The notes beneath the pieces were generated by a model, which was given only the letters and a program-made list of their open reading frames with translations, did not search any database and was not told the DNA's origin. Shown piece by piece: positions 38,511 through 50,873 of a stretch of 64,000 nucleotides of DNA. The translations under genes and the position numbers were made by a program. The DNA is from Antedon mediterranea (Eukaryota; Animalia; Echinodermata), in NCBI RefSeq assembly GCF_964355755.1, contig NC_092680.1, positions 18,299,045 through 18,363,044 of the forward strand, read 5' to 3'. Each line of letters starts with the position of its first letter. Position 1 is the first letter of the stretch.

Positions 38511-40214
38511 CTCGACAGAAAGCCTTTGCATTAGCGAATTGTAGTTACACCTTATGTATATGACTAATGATTATTCATGTATATTTTTGTTTTAGTTTCA
38601 TGACGGGTCCCCAACTCATGTACGAAAAGAAATATCGCATCCGGGTAAGTTGTTTCTATGGGTACAAAATTCGCTAACGTTGATGGGTAGGAACCAACAC
38701 GCGCGTACACAATTATTTTGTTTGAATAAATTGTTTCTATCGACGAATTAAAGTACGTTATTTAACATTACACAAGTCGATGCTGAAACTGAGTGTGTAT
38801 TTATTTTTTTATGTCGATCAAATTCAAGATATAAATTACGTCTTTCCCAACGAATTCTAAAACGCTTTATACATTGAAGAATGTGTTTTTCTTATATCTT
38901 ATTAATATTATGCTTTACAACAATGACTTTTGTGTAATATAGTATCAATTTCACTTTTAGCTAAAAATATGTTTTAAAATGATATAGCAGCATGTATATA
39001 CATTTATATACGGTAGATTATTTGTCAAATAAAACAGAAGATTATGAAACTAATTACAGGTATTGTCTTCTGTTATATTTTTATTTCAGTCACTTAATAT
39101 ATCATAATATTTTTCCTCTTCATATTTATTTAATCATTAACAAAAGATGACGATTTATACATACATCATCATGGAGGATGATTTGTATCTATGTTGTCTT
39201 GTGTACCCGGCATTATAATAACGCAATTAAAATTACCGGAATTAATTTGATGAGATAACATCACAAGGGAGAAAATGCTCCCTTATCAGCACGAACCTAG
39301 TAATTTGATCAGACGAATTTTAATTAAATCTAAGGATAAATACAACTACATGTTGCTTCCGAACTACATAAGCTTACATTAACACATGTTTATTATATTT
39401 ATATTACATGTTTTAAAATCAAAGAAACCAAACACAGGACACTGAGCTCGTCTTGCCAAGATAGGAACTCGTAACAGTCCTTTAATCTTACGTCTGGCTG
39501 CGACAAATACCAACTTCTGTACTGTGAAATGTAAATGTTTACGCGACGCGCGGTGTCTATTATTGGGCGTGGAACTGATCCGTGTCGGATCCACAGATAA
39601 ACCCTTTGATCTCCGGAGCTCTTCATCCTGCTAGATTGCCTGGTTATAACTTAAGATCTCCACCTAGGTGTAAAAATTGGTACCTGTTATAAGTCACAAC
39701 ACAACTGCGCTGATTACTACCACATTTATTGCAGCACTGTTTCCAAACGTATTTGATTATTGGGGTAATATTGTGAAGCATGATAAAGCGCTTAACGTAT
39801 AAATTAGTGAAATGCTTGGCAACATTCACAGTAACAACATATGATATTGAAGATACAGTTATTAATATTTTAATACGATTTGATGAAGTCACAAATTAAT
39901 ATAAGTCTATAAATTTTCCTTAATTCACTAGCTATTTAACATTCTGTGGACATTAAAATTAAAAAACGAAAAAGACATAACAAAAGAAAATTGTATGAAA
40001 AAGTGACTAAAAGAATAACACCACACACGATGGATAAATGGGGACAGACTAGAGAGCAACAATACAATTAAGAAAAGATTTCTGTAGAGTTTGTACGTGT
40101 TAGTTTATTGTACAATCTTTTCCTCTATCAACACACACGGGATATCAAGGGACCACAATTGTACTGGAATGTTTATATGAAAATGTGAACATCAACGAAT
40201 AATGCTATATAGAT

Positions 40215-41115
40215 ACTTTTAGATACTAAAAGATAGTGCTACATCGATAGTTTAAGAGACACCAAAGAATAGTGCTACATCGATAGTTTAAGAGGCACCA
40301 AAGAATAGTGCTACATCGATACTTTAAGAGACACCAATAATGGTGCTACATCGATACTTTAAGAGACACCAATAATGGTGCTATATCGATACTTTAAGAG
40401 ACACCAATAATGGTGCTACATCGATACTTTAAGAGACACCAATAATGGTGCTACATCGGTACTTTAAGAGACACCAATAATGGTGCTACATCGATAGTTT
40501 AAGAGACACCAATAATGGTGTTATATCGATACTTTAAGAGACACCAATAATGGTGCTACATCGATACTTTAAGAGACACCAATAATGGTGCTATATCGAT
40601 ACTTTAAGAGATACCAATAATGGTGCTACATCAGTACTTTAATAGACACCAATAATGGTGCTACATCGATACTTTAAGAGACACCAAAGAATAGTGCTAC
40701 ATCGATACTTTAAGAGACACCAATAATGGTGCTACATCGATACTTTAAGAGACACCAATAATGGTGCTACATCGATACTTTAATAGACACCAAAGAATAG
40801 TGCTACATCGATACTTTAAGAGACACCAATAATGGTGCTACATCGATACTTTAAGAGACACCAATAATGGTGCTACATCGATACTTTAAGGGACACCAAT
40901 AATGGTGCTACATCGATACTTTAAGAGACACCAATAATGGTGCTACATTGATACTTTAAGAGACACCAATAATGGTGCTACATCGATACTTTAAGAGAAA
41001 CCAATAATGGTGCTACATCGATACTTTAACAGACACCAAAGAATAGTGCTACATCGATACTTTAAGAGACACCAATAATGGTGCTACATCGATACTTTAA
41101 GAGAAACCAATAATA
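40215..41115. repeat. 35 bp minisatellite (GGTGCTACATCGATACTTTAAGAGACACCAATAAT), about 25 copies, with a 37 bp variant
   Basis: Near-identical head-to-tail units; the variant CACCAAAGAATAGTGC is interspersed. Confidence 0.95.
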
Positions 41116-41513
41116 AGTGCACAAAGCATTGCCAAACTCAGCAATTGTTTAAGCTTTGCAATGCATATATTTTAGTCAAATTTTGTATGATAACCTACGT
41201 TATTCATATCTTATGTGTGCGGTCTGCAAATCGATTTCTATATGCATTTTACAAGTGTGTATTTTCCAAACAAAAATTGGAACACTGGCGGATGGACTAT
41301 TAATGTAAAAAAAAGACAATACAGACTTGGGGCAAGTGAAGTCTACCACGAGAGACACCACATAGGTGCAGTAAAATTAAGACACCCTTCCAAAATAGTT
41401 TTTCAAAAGAACTGTGTTTTGCATAAAACAGTTTTAAATATGAATTATTTTGATCAAAACCAACTTGTATTTACCACATGTCCCTTTGGTTCATCAAACT
41501 TTCCCATGTTTTC

Positions 41514-41552
41514 CTACATGTTTAAATGTAGACCGCCATCAACAACAATAAC
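41514..41552 (-). CDS. CBR4: CBR4/FabG-like SDR, terminal exon 5
   Basis: Acceptor TTTTTCAG; VIVVDGGLHLNM* completes the ITGQVxxVDGG motif. Confidence 0.9.
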   Translation of the reverse strand, partial: VIVVDGGLHLNM

Positions 41553-41666
41553 CTGAAAAAACGACATTATTTTGTTCAATTATGTTGTTCATGTTGTGTA
41601 CTAAAAGTAATATAGCGCCCTCTGGAATGAGAAGGAATGTATTGTGGTTATGTAGTACTGTCATTA

Positions 41667-41884
41667 TTTTTTTTTCATACGCATCCAACAGCGAGCACAA
41701 ACTCACCAATTACAGGATGTTAAACTATTTTATAATTTATCATGCTAATAAAAAGTCTTATTTGAGGCTTAGGGAGTGGAGTTGAAAAGAGTCGTGAGTT
41801 ACAACCCTGGCACTAGGTCAGGATTGAACCCCGGACGTTGCAATTGGAAGGCAAGCATGTTAACCACCAAGCTACAGCTCCACT
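41667..41884 (-). mobile_element. Short tRNA(Gly)-like SINE, copy 1 (CBR4 intron 4)
   Basis: TAGCTTGGTGG A box, GCCTTCCAA anticodon-like arm, GGTTCAATCC B box, hairpin tail and poly-A. Confidence 0.75.
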
Positions 41885-41994
41885 ATTGTAATGGCCTACA
41901 ATAAATGTTACAGTTACTTGAATGTTGTTGCTTGCATTTATTCAGTCTCTGAGTAATAGAGAGACATATTAAAATTTATTAATAATATTCACAC

Positions 41995-42134
41995 CTGTCC
42001 TGTGATATATGTAGAATTTATAAGAAACATGGCAACATTGCCAACTTCAGCTGGATCTCCAAATCGTTGTAAAGGAATTGTTTTTGTAAACTGATCCTCC
42101 GATAAAGACTTTGTCATATCTGTTCTGATAAAAC
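41995..42134 (-). CDS. CBR4: CBR4/FabG-like SDR, exon 4
   Basis: GFIRTDMT...IPLQRFGDPAEVG...YITGQ; AG/GT flanks, phase 1 to 0. Confidence 0.9.
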
Positions 42135-42606
42135 CTGTTAAAAGATACACAATACAAGAATAAGCAAATTTAACACTTAATGGTACCACAATATATAGCT
42201 AACTGGGAAAATTCCCCTAGCCTGCCTGCATTAGGGCTGTTATCAACAGTAAACATCAATTTTCCACCGGGTAGAAGGTGTGCTTATATGTCGACATGCA
42301 ACTCAATTTAACTGTGTTGAGGTTGAGGTAAACGCTCCAAGCAACTGCAATTTGAGCGCAACTGAAAACATTTAATTGCGTCACACATGTAGTAAGCGTA
42401 ATGTAACCAGTAGTGGTCAGTTCGATGTTTTCTTGTAAGCAGTCGTGCATACTGGTTAACTATACAATTACGACTCGCACTTGTTATGGTAACCACGACT
42501 AGTTACAATCAGGTCCAGTGTGGACATAAGCGCTCACTCGCTGGTTCCTTTCAGTTATGTTTAGTTGCTCGACAATTTGACATAAGTTTCTTGCAGTTGA
42601 ATTTAA

Positions 42607-42799
42607 TTTTTTTTTTCTTACGCATCCAACAGCAAGTAACTCGCCAATTACAGGATGGATAAACTATTTTATAATTTATTGTGCTTATCAACTAAGTCTC
42701 ATTTGAGGCTAAGGGAGTGGAGTTGAAAGAGTCTGGATTAAACCCCGGACCTTGAGATTGGAAGGCAAGCATGTTAATCACTAAGCTACAGCTCTACTA
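42607..42799 (-). mobile_element. Short tRNA(Gly)-like SINE, copy 2 (CBR4 intron 3)
   Basis: Colinear with 41667-41884 apart from an internal deletion. Confidence 0.75.
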
Positions 42800-42905
42800 C
42801 GAGTTCTGTGTCGACACCTTTTTACCGAACGGCATGTGATGCACAATTAACTAATCAAATGGCACAAATACAATCAGGTGTGTTATAAAACTTAGTATTA
42901 TGTAC

Positions 42906-43040
42906 CTGGAGCGATAAGGTTGACAGAGACATTCTTTGAGGCTACCTCCTTAGCTAATGATTTAGTAAATCCAATGAGGCCAGATTTAGTGGCACTGTAA
43001 ACAGTTGAGCCTGTATTGCCACGTAGACCAAGAACACTCC
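42906..43040 (-). CDS. CBR4: CBR4/FabG-like SDR, exon 3 (catalytic YxxxK)
   Basis: [46 protein letters not shown]; not in the ORF track; phase 1 to 1. Confidence 0.92.
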
Positions 43041-43394
43041 CTAAAATATGAAGAAATTATAATCTGTTATATACAAACATGCAGGTATTTACATTTGAAG
43101 GTTTTACAAATATGGGGAAAGTATACTGTAATTTTTAAACAGGGTTCATACACAATTTCCAGAGCTGAAAATATAGATTTCAAAAAATAAAATTTCCACA
43201 ATGTAACAATGCAGATGACATTTATTATTAATATTAAAAACATTTGTGTATGGGTGTATGGCACCTAGTACACAACCATGTTTCCTCTTCTTTTCAAGTA
43301 TTAGATACCCCCACTGGCTGTATGATGTAATGTAGAAGTCATAAATAATGTCTATTGAATAGCACCTGAACTGGTTCATGCATACAATCCATAC

Positions 43395-43673
43395 CAATAT
43401 TCAAAATGGATCCCTTTTTCCGTTTCACCATGCCCCTTAAGACTGCCTGACTGGTGATTATTGATGCTAGAAGGTTGGTGTGCAGCAGCTCTTCGATGGC
43501 ATCTGGCGATGTCCGCAGAAGGAGTCCATCTCGCGTGATACCGGCTGCATTAACCATGACATCAACATTTCCTTCAAATGACTCTTCTACAGTCTGCAAC
43601 CCGTTTTTTACAGTGCTTGGGTCTGTAACATCACATACTACTGGTAAGACACTGCCATGTGTTTCAGAGTTAT
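43395..43673 (-). CDS. CBR4: CBR4/FabG-like SDR, exon 2
   Basis: CDVT...VNAAGITRDGLLLRT...LHTNLL...GSILNIG, close to CBR4; TAGCAG tandem acceptor; donor G|GTATG. Confidence 0.92.
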
Positions 43674-43901
43674 CTGCTAAACAAATTAGAATCAAAACAC
43701 GTTTTAAGGCAACAGAAACACACATAATAAAATACAATAGTTATATAATTGTCATCATAAATAGGCCTACACATTTTATACAGTATAGTATACACAAATA
43801 GTGGGTGTATTGTAGGCCTAGCCTGTATAGTTTCAACTACGGCCCAACCAGGGCATACTGAGAAACACGTCGTAGCTAAATGGCCAAGGTCTATAGTACG
43901 G

Positions 43902-46214
43902 GAATACAGGTCAACCCGTACCCATGCCAACTCGTACCCACCAACTCGTACCCAAATTTTGGCTTACTCGTACCCAAAATTTTGGCTGACCCGTACCCAT
44001 CATTGGCTGACCCGTACCCATCATTGGCTGGCCCGTACCCAAGTTTAATGCTATTTAAAGTATATTTATATTACATTTAAACCCAGTTTTATTAAATTTT
44101 TACATACCAATCATATGTTCGATATTATAATGGCAAAAACTATTGACCTAAAATGTATAATAATATGTACAGACTCGTACGAAAAAAGCACAGCTTTCAT
44201 CGTATTTGCGCGCGTACGTCGTATTTGGTAAAGTTAATACTTGAGGGCGCTGTTTTATATGGCTCTGTGGAAGATGTCAGTGGTCGGCTGTGCTGCATTC
44301 ATTTTTTTTTCATTTATGAGTTATTTATCTATTATTTTCTACGAATAGTAGTACATGGAAATTGAAATACCCACTAGTCTGTGATGATGAAAACTTGAAT
44401 TATTAAAAGTAAACATGAATATCTTTTATACATAATTTGTATTTTCATTTTATTTTACAGATAATGAAGTAATGTGCTTTTTGAAAATCGTTTTAAAACG
44501 AATGGTTTTTGTTGTTTTGTTTTGCAAGTTTTGGAAAATATTAAACTGTTTTAACATTTCGAAAATATTTAATACATTTTTAAATAGTCACTCGTATTTT
44601 AAAGCCACGAAACTATTTAAGTGGATACCAGCCTCATTGCTGCTATGCTATGAGCATTTAGTAGTAGATTAGATTATTGCCGTTTATCTAGTATACAATG
44701 ACGGATGTGAGAGTAATAATAAAAGGTAACTACAGGTACTAACCTCCAATAATTTAACATTTAATTACAAACGACGACATTTGCTGTTATTACGTTTTCA
44801 TTTTATAATGATTATTACTGTATTATTATGACTAAAAACCGAAATAAATACTACTAAAACTTTAAAAAATCATCTTATCGCTGACAGATACGTAAGTACT
44901 CAGACACGTGTAGGTAGGCCTTCAGAACGTTTATATTATTTTAGTAAATAAGACGACATCCGTTGCCATGGAAAAACGATCGTAGTTCATTTCATTTGTC
45001 TTATTTGACACATTATAGAATGCGTTTTTTTAAAAAAAAAAGGGAATCCCTCGTCAGCAAAAACACGTAGCTGTAAGTTATTGAGGAAACATCTACCAAA
45101 AATGTTTAATTACCGTAAAAAAACAGATAATTTTACTGAATTATTTAAGAAAAAAAAATAAATAGAAAACGATCATACGCCACATTGCGTTGCCTATTTT
45201 TGGACACACTACAAATGGACCCGTACAAATGCGTTTTTTTTTTAATAATAAAGAGGAATCCCCATTCAGCAAAAACACGTAGCTGTTATAGAAGAAAATC
45301 TGCCAAAATGTTTAATTGCCTTACAGTACGACAGTACGTGTATATGATCATTTCACTGAATTATTAATAAATAAAATATATGGAAAATGATCATACGTCA
45401 TTACTAAGTCGTCTCTTTGACGCCGGCCCTATAAATGCGTGTTTTTTTATAATAAAAGGTTAATCCCGGTCAGCAAAAACACGTAACACGAAATCTACGA
45501 GTAATTCGACCCCATAGCAGGCTTTTTGCTTAAAACAGGGTGTTGTTAATTCAACCAATTTTAAATATACCAAATACAATAGAAATAATAATTACTTGAT
45601 CGAATGTAATCAGGGAAGATAATTAGAATAAAATAAAAGAATAAAAATTGATAAGTATAAAATTATACGTTGTTGGTACTTTACCTGGGTTTAATTGAAT
45701 TGTAATACTAACTATACAACAGTTAAAATATTTTTTTATTAATTAATGTTCTCTTACGTAAATAAAAAAGACACATCAAACATACGTTTATAAAACTATA
45801 ATACTAGATTTAAATAAATGTTAACAAATATATGCCTAATTAAACGAAGTCTACAATCAAATCAATAAACAATTTAAATATAAAAATATTCATACGGCAA
45901 AAGCATACCACTAGTTTTACGCCGATCAAATCATTACAAGTAATTATTCAAATTGGGTACGAGTAGGCCAAATAATGGGTACGAGTAAGCCAAAAATGGG
46001 TACGGGTAAGCCAAAAAATGGGTACGAGTAAGCCAAATACTTGGGTACGAGTAAGCCAAATATTTAGGTACGAGTTGGCATGGGTACGGGTTGGTTTGGG
46101 TACGGGTTAGCCAAAGTGGGTACGAGTTGACCAATTATTTGGGTACGGGTTAGCCAAGTTGGGTACGAGTTGGCATGGGTACGGGTTGGTTTGGGTACGG
46201 GTTGACCAGCACCC
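43902..46214. mobile_element. 2.3 kb foldback / Mutator-like non-autonomous DNA transposon in CBR4 intron 1
   Basis: 9 bp direct repeat ATAGTACGG at 43893-43901 and 46215-46223; inverted terminal arrays of A(C/T)CCGTACCCA-type repeats; three internal ~205-210 bp repeats (~44975-45490); no transposase ORF. Confidence 0.85.
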
Positions 46215-46357
46215 ATAGTACGGTCCCTTAGTACTACTAGGCCCGGCCGGGCGCGCGCATGCGACCCGGGCGTAAGGCCTAGCCTACTAGGGGCCGCCTA
46301 CCTAGGCCTAGTAGGCCTACTACTAATACTTCATTGCCTGGTGTTATTGACACTAAC

Positions 46358-46505
46358 CTGAAGCCTCACATTCAATATAATCTTGTGCTTCATGTAACTT
46401 TTCTAGATTACGTCCAAGAATAGCAACATTATACTTGTTTTTTATAAGATTTAATGCTATAGACCTCCCAATACCACCAGAACCACCAAACACAACACCT
46501 GTCAT
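46358..46505 (-). CDS. CBR4: CBR4/FabG-like SDR, coding exon 1 (Rossmann GxxxGxG)
   Basis: MTGVVFGGSGGIGRSIA...AILGRNLEK; donor G|GTTAGT. A pyrimidine tract plus CAG just before the ATG suggests an upstream exon. Confidence 0.88.
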
Positions 46506-47099
46506 ACTGGGTTGGAATTTGGAAAAAAAGAATTTTTAAAGAAAATAGTTAGCCCGCCAACAACGGATTCACCAGAATAAAATACAAAAAAAGATGCCTT
46601 TACAGAAAATGGAATGTTTAAAAGTAATAATTATAATATTTTTTCCTACTGATTTATTATGTAGTTCTAGATCTGTATATAGAATTGTAATGTCAAGCTT
46701 TACGTCAACATAACTTTTATTTTATTTATTAAACTGTTGTGAGAGTAGGCCTCCTACATGATGCTACTCATAAATGATATTTTATTTTGAGTTTAATAAA
46801 ATCAATTATGTTTTACATCATCAATTGTTTTTTATTTTTTGCGAGATTAGATAAAGAGTGATATTCTTGTATTTAGAGAAACATGTATTGAAAATTCCAT
46901 CTCTTAATTAACTTATTTGTCTTCTAGAATACAAGTCATCATATTAAACCCGTTTACATAGACAAATGTATTCATACGAACAGCGTCAGTTTCATTTTTC
47001 CACACTTGCGATGCGAAAGAATGTGTCCTATACCAATATTGAGATCAGGGAACACATGCGGTTTGCGAAAATAAATTCGCCTACAAACTGAGCGGGGTT

Positions 47100-47237
47100 G
47101 GTACCTATTATGGACAAACAGCAGCGCCATTTAGTCCCAATTATGGACAGAAGGTAACCTATTATGGACAGAAAAGTAACCTATTATGGACAGAAAAGTA
47201 ACCTATTATGGACAGAAAAGTAACCTATTATGGACAG
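47100..47237. repeat. 22 bp tandem repeat GTAACCTATTATGGACAGAAAA, probably transposon subterminal repeats
   Basis: About six CCTATTATGGACA-type units. Confidence 0.8.
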
Positions 47238-47374
47238 TTTTCACCAACCCTATTGTACAAACTTATCTTAACGTAAATAATTTCGGGAACTTTTTAACCC
47301 ATTTTAAATTGTTTTGTCATGTTTGTTTGCACGATAACGTCCACAATTTCAACTAATATTGAATTGAGATCAGG

Positions 47375-48025
47375 GAATCTCTGCACTCATTGTCACTTTG
47401 GCTATGCATGTTGTTCCTGGTTTTCAGGTGTTTCTCAAAAACGTAAACAAATACTTTAAACCACTCAAAATAAAGTTGCTAGGTTTATATTAAATAAAAA
47501 TAATCGAACACATATTGGTAAAGACGAACTGAACCAAATCGATCAATTATGTCTAAAGGTAGAAGTTGTCAAAGCTAAACCATGTTTATAAGATCTTTTA
47601 TGGAAAATCAGCACCTTATTTGATTGAAAAGTTTAAAAGAGATTTTCATCTAACCAACAATATGACTATACGTGTCAATGGTTTTTCAGTTCCTAAAACT
47701 TTTTATTATACAGGCATAAAGGCTTGGAATAACCTACCTCAATCCATTCAGCAAATTGAAAACAAGAGTAACTTTAAGAAAATTGTTAAATCGCATTTAT
47801 TTTCATAGTCTTTTTAATTAGGCTTATTTATATATTATTGTTGTTGTTATAATTGTGTGTTTAATGCAATACTTTGTAACGTTTAGGCCTATATTATTTA
47901 TTTTAGATTATAAAAAGGATCCCAATGGAAATAAATAAATAAGCTTTTTGGGGCTATTCTGAAAAATCTTTTCGATAGGCAGTAAATGAAAGCATTTAGA
48001 AACCGAGTGAAGTAAAATAAATAAA
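47375..48025 (+). mobile_element. 5'-truncated CR1/L2/Crack-type LINE (end of ORF2 plus 3' UTR)
   Basis: Decayed CHFGYACCSW...QNKVARFIL...TFYYTGIKAWNNLPQSIQQI..KSNFKKIVKSHL is a typical post-RT C-terminus; AAAT tail; ATCAGGG on both flanks. Confidence 0.8.
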
Positions 48026-50873
48026 TCAGGGTAAACTGTATTCGGGAAAAGAAGACTCACTACTTGATATTTCAGTCCTTGTTAAAAGAATACAGAGGTA
48101 AGTCAAATGTTATTATAATAAGCTTTTGTGACGTAACCAATATATTAATATTTCTGAAAATCAATAGGCATGTTATGCAAGTATATAACTATTAACACCC
48201 AAACATTCAGGATGATACCTTAAACATTGTGGATGCTACCGTGCTAACAAAAAGGCAAATTACATCACGTAGGCCTATATATAGTTCTGAAAAGAACTGC
48301 TTCTCAGTTCTCGATTATAAATATGTTGTATACGATATACTTTATTTCAACATATTGACTTGAAAACCCTCAATACAATATATCATATAACACAATGCTT
48401 ATAGAGCTAAAATTAGATACCAATTTCCAATTAAAAATAATCAGGTATTATTAATGGAAAGTGTCCCCTTAAAGGGGGTATTTCAAAGAAGGGGTTCAAA
48501 GAGTACTAAGAAGCTTTTGAATTGTAACTACCAATAGTTTAGTGGACTTGCTGAGATATTGCGATGTGTGCTCTGGCTACTCACATCAACACAGGCTGAT
48601 GGTTTCTAGGAGGTCCAGGTGATGACCTTTGACACATCGATTGACCTGACAGAGGTCGGTTGTTGGTCGTGACAACAAAATAATCAGGTATTTTAATTAC
48701 GTAATAATTATTTCTAAGTCAAGTAACCATGGTTACTGATCAACAAAGTTGACACAGTCACAGGTTTACATTTTCCATAAACTAATTATTAATCAGCTAG
48801 TACACAACTCTCAAACAATACTTATTCATTGCAGCAAATGCATAGTTATCTTTTATAAATATATTTATTTTTAGTGTCAGTAATTTATGTTATCACTTTG
48901 TATGTATTTTTTTGATGATTTTCCTAATAATATTGAAATCAAAATCAATCGATCGACAATAAAATCACGATTCTCGTATCGTATCTGCCGTTTGGTGGTC
49001 TCTGTATAATTACGGTAATTCTCTAAGATTCTGATTGCTTAATTTATATATTTTAACTGTATTTTTCTAGCCGCAAAAAAAAGAGAAAGTATTCAGGGCC
49101 TTCTTAATATATCAGTACATTATACAGCGCCGTCAAATTTCAATAAGAACACATTATAAAATATAAGTACATTTAGTGAGAAAGATAAAAATATCGAATG
49201 TCTCTGAATAACAATCTTTGTTCTAAAGGTCAATTTAATTTTAGTCCTGATTTTAGTAATTGAACATCAATGTTTTCGTAACGAAAATCTATTTAAAAAT
49301 GGTGATATATCACTTAATTAGGGCCTACTTACAGCCTTGTGATTTCATTTCAGCATTTATTATTATAAAATATACAAGAAGTTTAAACAAACTATTTTCA
49401 TAGACTAGCCAATCATGTGACTGCAGTATTTTCTAGAATACATACGCATTAAATAAAATGAAACAACACTTTCTCTGGCAATTCATTCTGTAATCTTTCC
49501 AGTGTGGTGTAAGGTCGAAAAATCAAAATCTAGGTAAAACATCGGGTTTCTTCAGTACGGTAAGTATGCTTAATATTAAATACCAACTTGTTTATTAAGA
49601 ATATTTTTTGCCCAATTCTGTTATTTCCGAATCTTCATTTTTAATTATTTGAATTCCACAAATCAGTTGTTAGGCCTACATTTCGTTTATAATTCTACAA
49701 TTTTAATGAAAAAATACTTGGATCTGTATATCTTTACTGCATAAAATGTTACTAGGAATACATTTAGGTCTTATTATTATTGAGTTAGGACCACCATTTT
49801 AAGTTGTCATTTATCTCGCATTATGTCGCGTTATGTTACGTTCGTGGGGTATATGCGTTGGTGGTATACTGCATGCAGGTTAGGACTTGTTGAATTGTTA
49901 CGTTCGTTTAAAGTGGTTGGACTGCACGACAAACTGTTATCGATCATCACGCTAGTAGCGTTCAATCGAGTCAGTCTCAAATTATGATTTTAAATTAAGA
50001 GGTACCAAAATAATACTATTCTTTTCAAAATCGATTTTCATTTCTTTGGTTTTTTATTTAGGTAACAAAAAACCACTTAAGCCTACAGGAATTAAGTATA
50101 AAGTTTATTATGATTTACTTTTACTAATTTGTTAATGGATGGCAGTTCAGTTAGATATTCAAATGTTATTAGTTGTCGACTCGCATTCAGCAAGTCAGTT
50201 CCAATATCTTTGGGCCGTCGAAAACATTTTGATTACACTTAATTATAGTTACCTTATGATTATGTTCGATTGCTTAATGAACTTTAATTTAATATTAATT
50301 TGTATTAAAAAGGTGCAAGAGGAGTAGAAATCGTTTGGAAATCGACTTTATTTAGCTTTAAAATACGATCAAAATAAGACGTTGTTGAAAAAAGAAACTA
50401 CTACTTGAAACTGTTGACCAACCCAGGTAAATAATAATCAGAATTAGGTCTATCATCATCACAATGATCATCACGAAAAAATATACATTGTAAAGGTCTG
50501 TCTAAAACTTTATGTGATGTACCTATAATGATGTCATATTAATATATTCGGGCATATCACAACCATATTTGGGCACATCACACTTTTTTTTTCAAACTAG
50601 TTTTAGCTAAAAAATCGTAGTTCTAACAAAGCATTAATAACTTTAAAATCGTCAAAAAAGTCCCAACCTATGACGTCATAATGGTACCGTTTTTGTGGAA
50701 GTTATTATATAAGATATTAATGAGGTTCTGAATAGTAAAAGACAACGAAGAATTAGCCTATCACATTAATGGTCTTAATACTCGTATTTTGAAGGTAATT
50801 CTATGCGATCAATTGTTGATCGATCGATTGAGTGATTGATTGATTGATTGAACGAAATTTATTTTAGAGAATC

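Noticed and set aside
40215-41115. CRISPR-like 35-37 bp periodicity
   Set aside because: Units are contiguous with no unique spacers, there are no cas genes, and the context is eukaryotic; it is a minisatellite.
43880-46134. ORFs with PYP/YSYP repeats
   Set aside because: They are translations of the transposon's subterminal tandem repeats.
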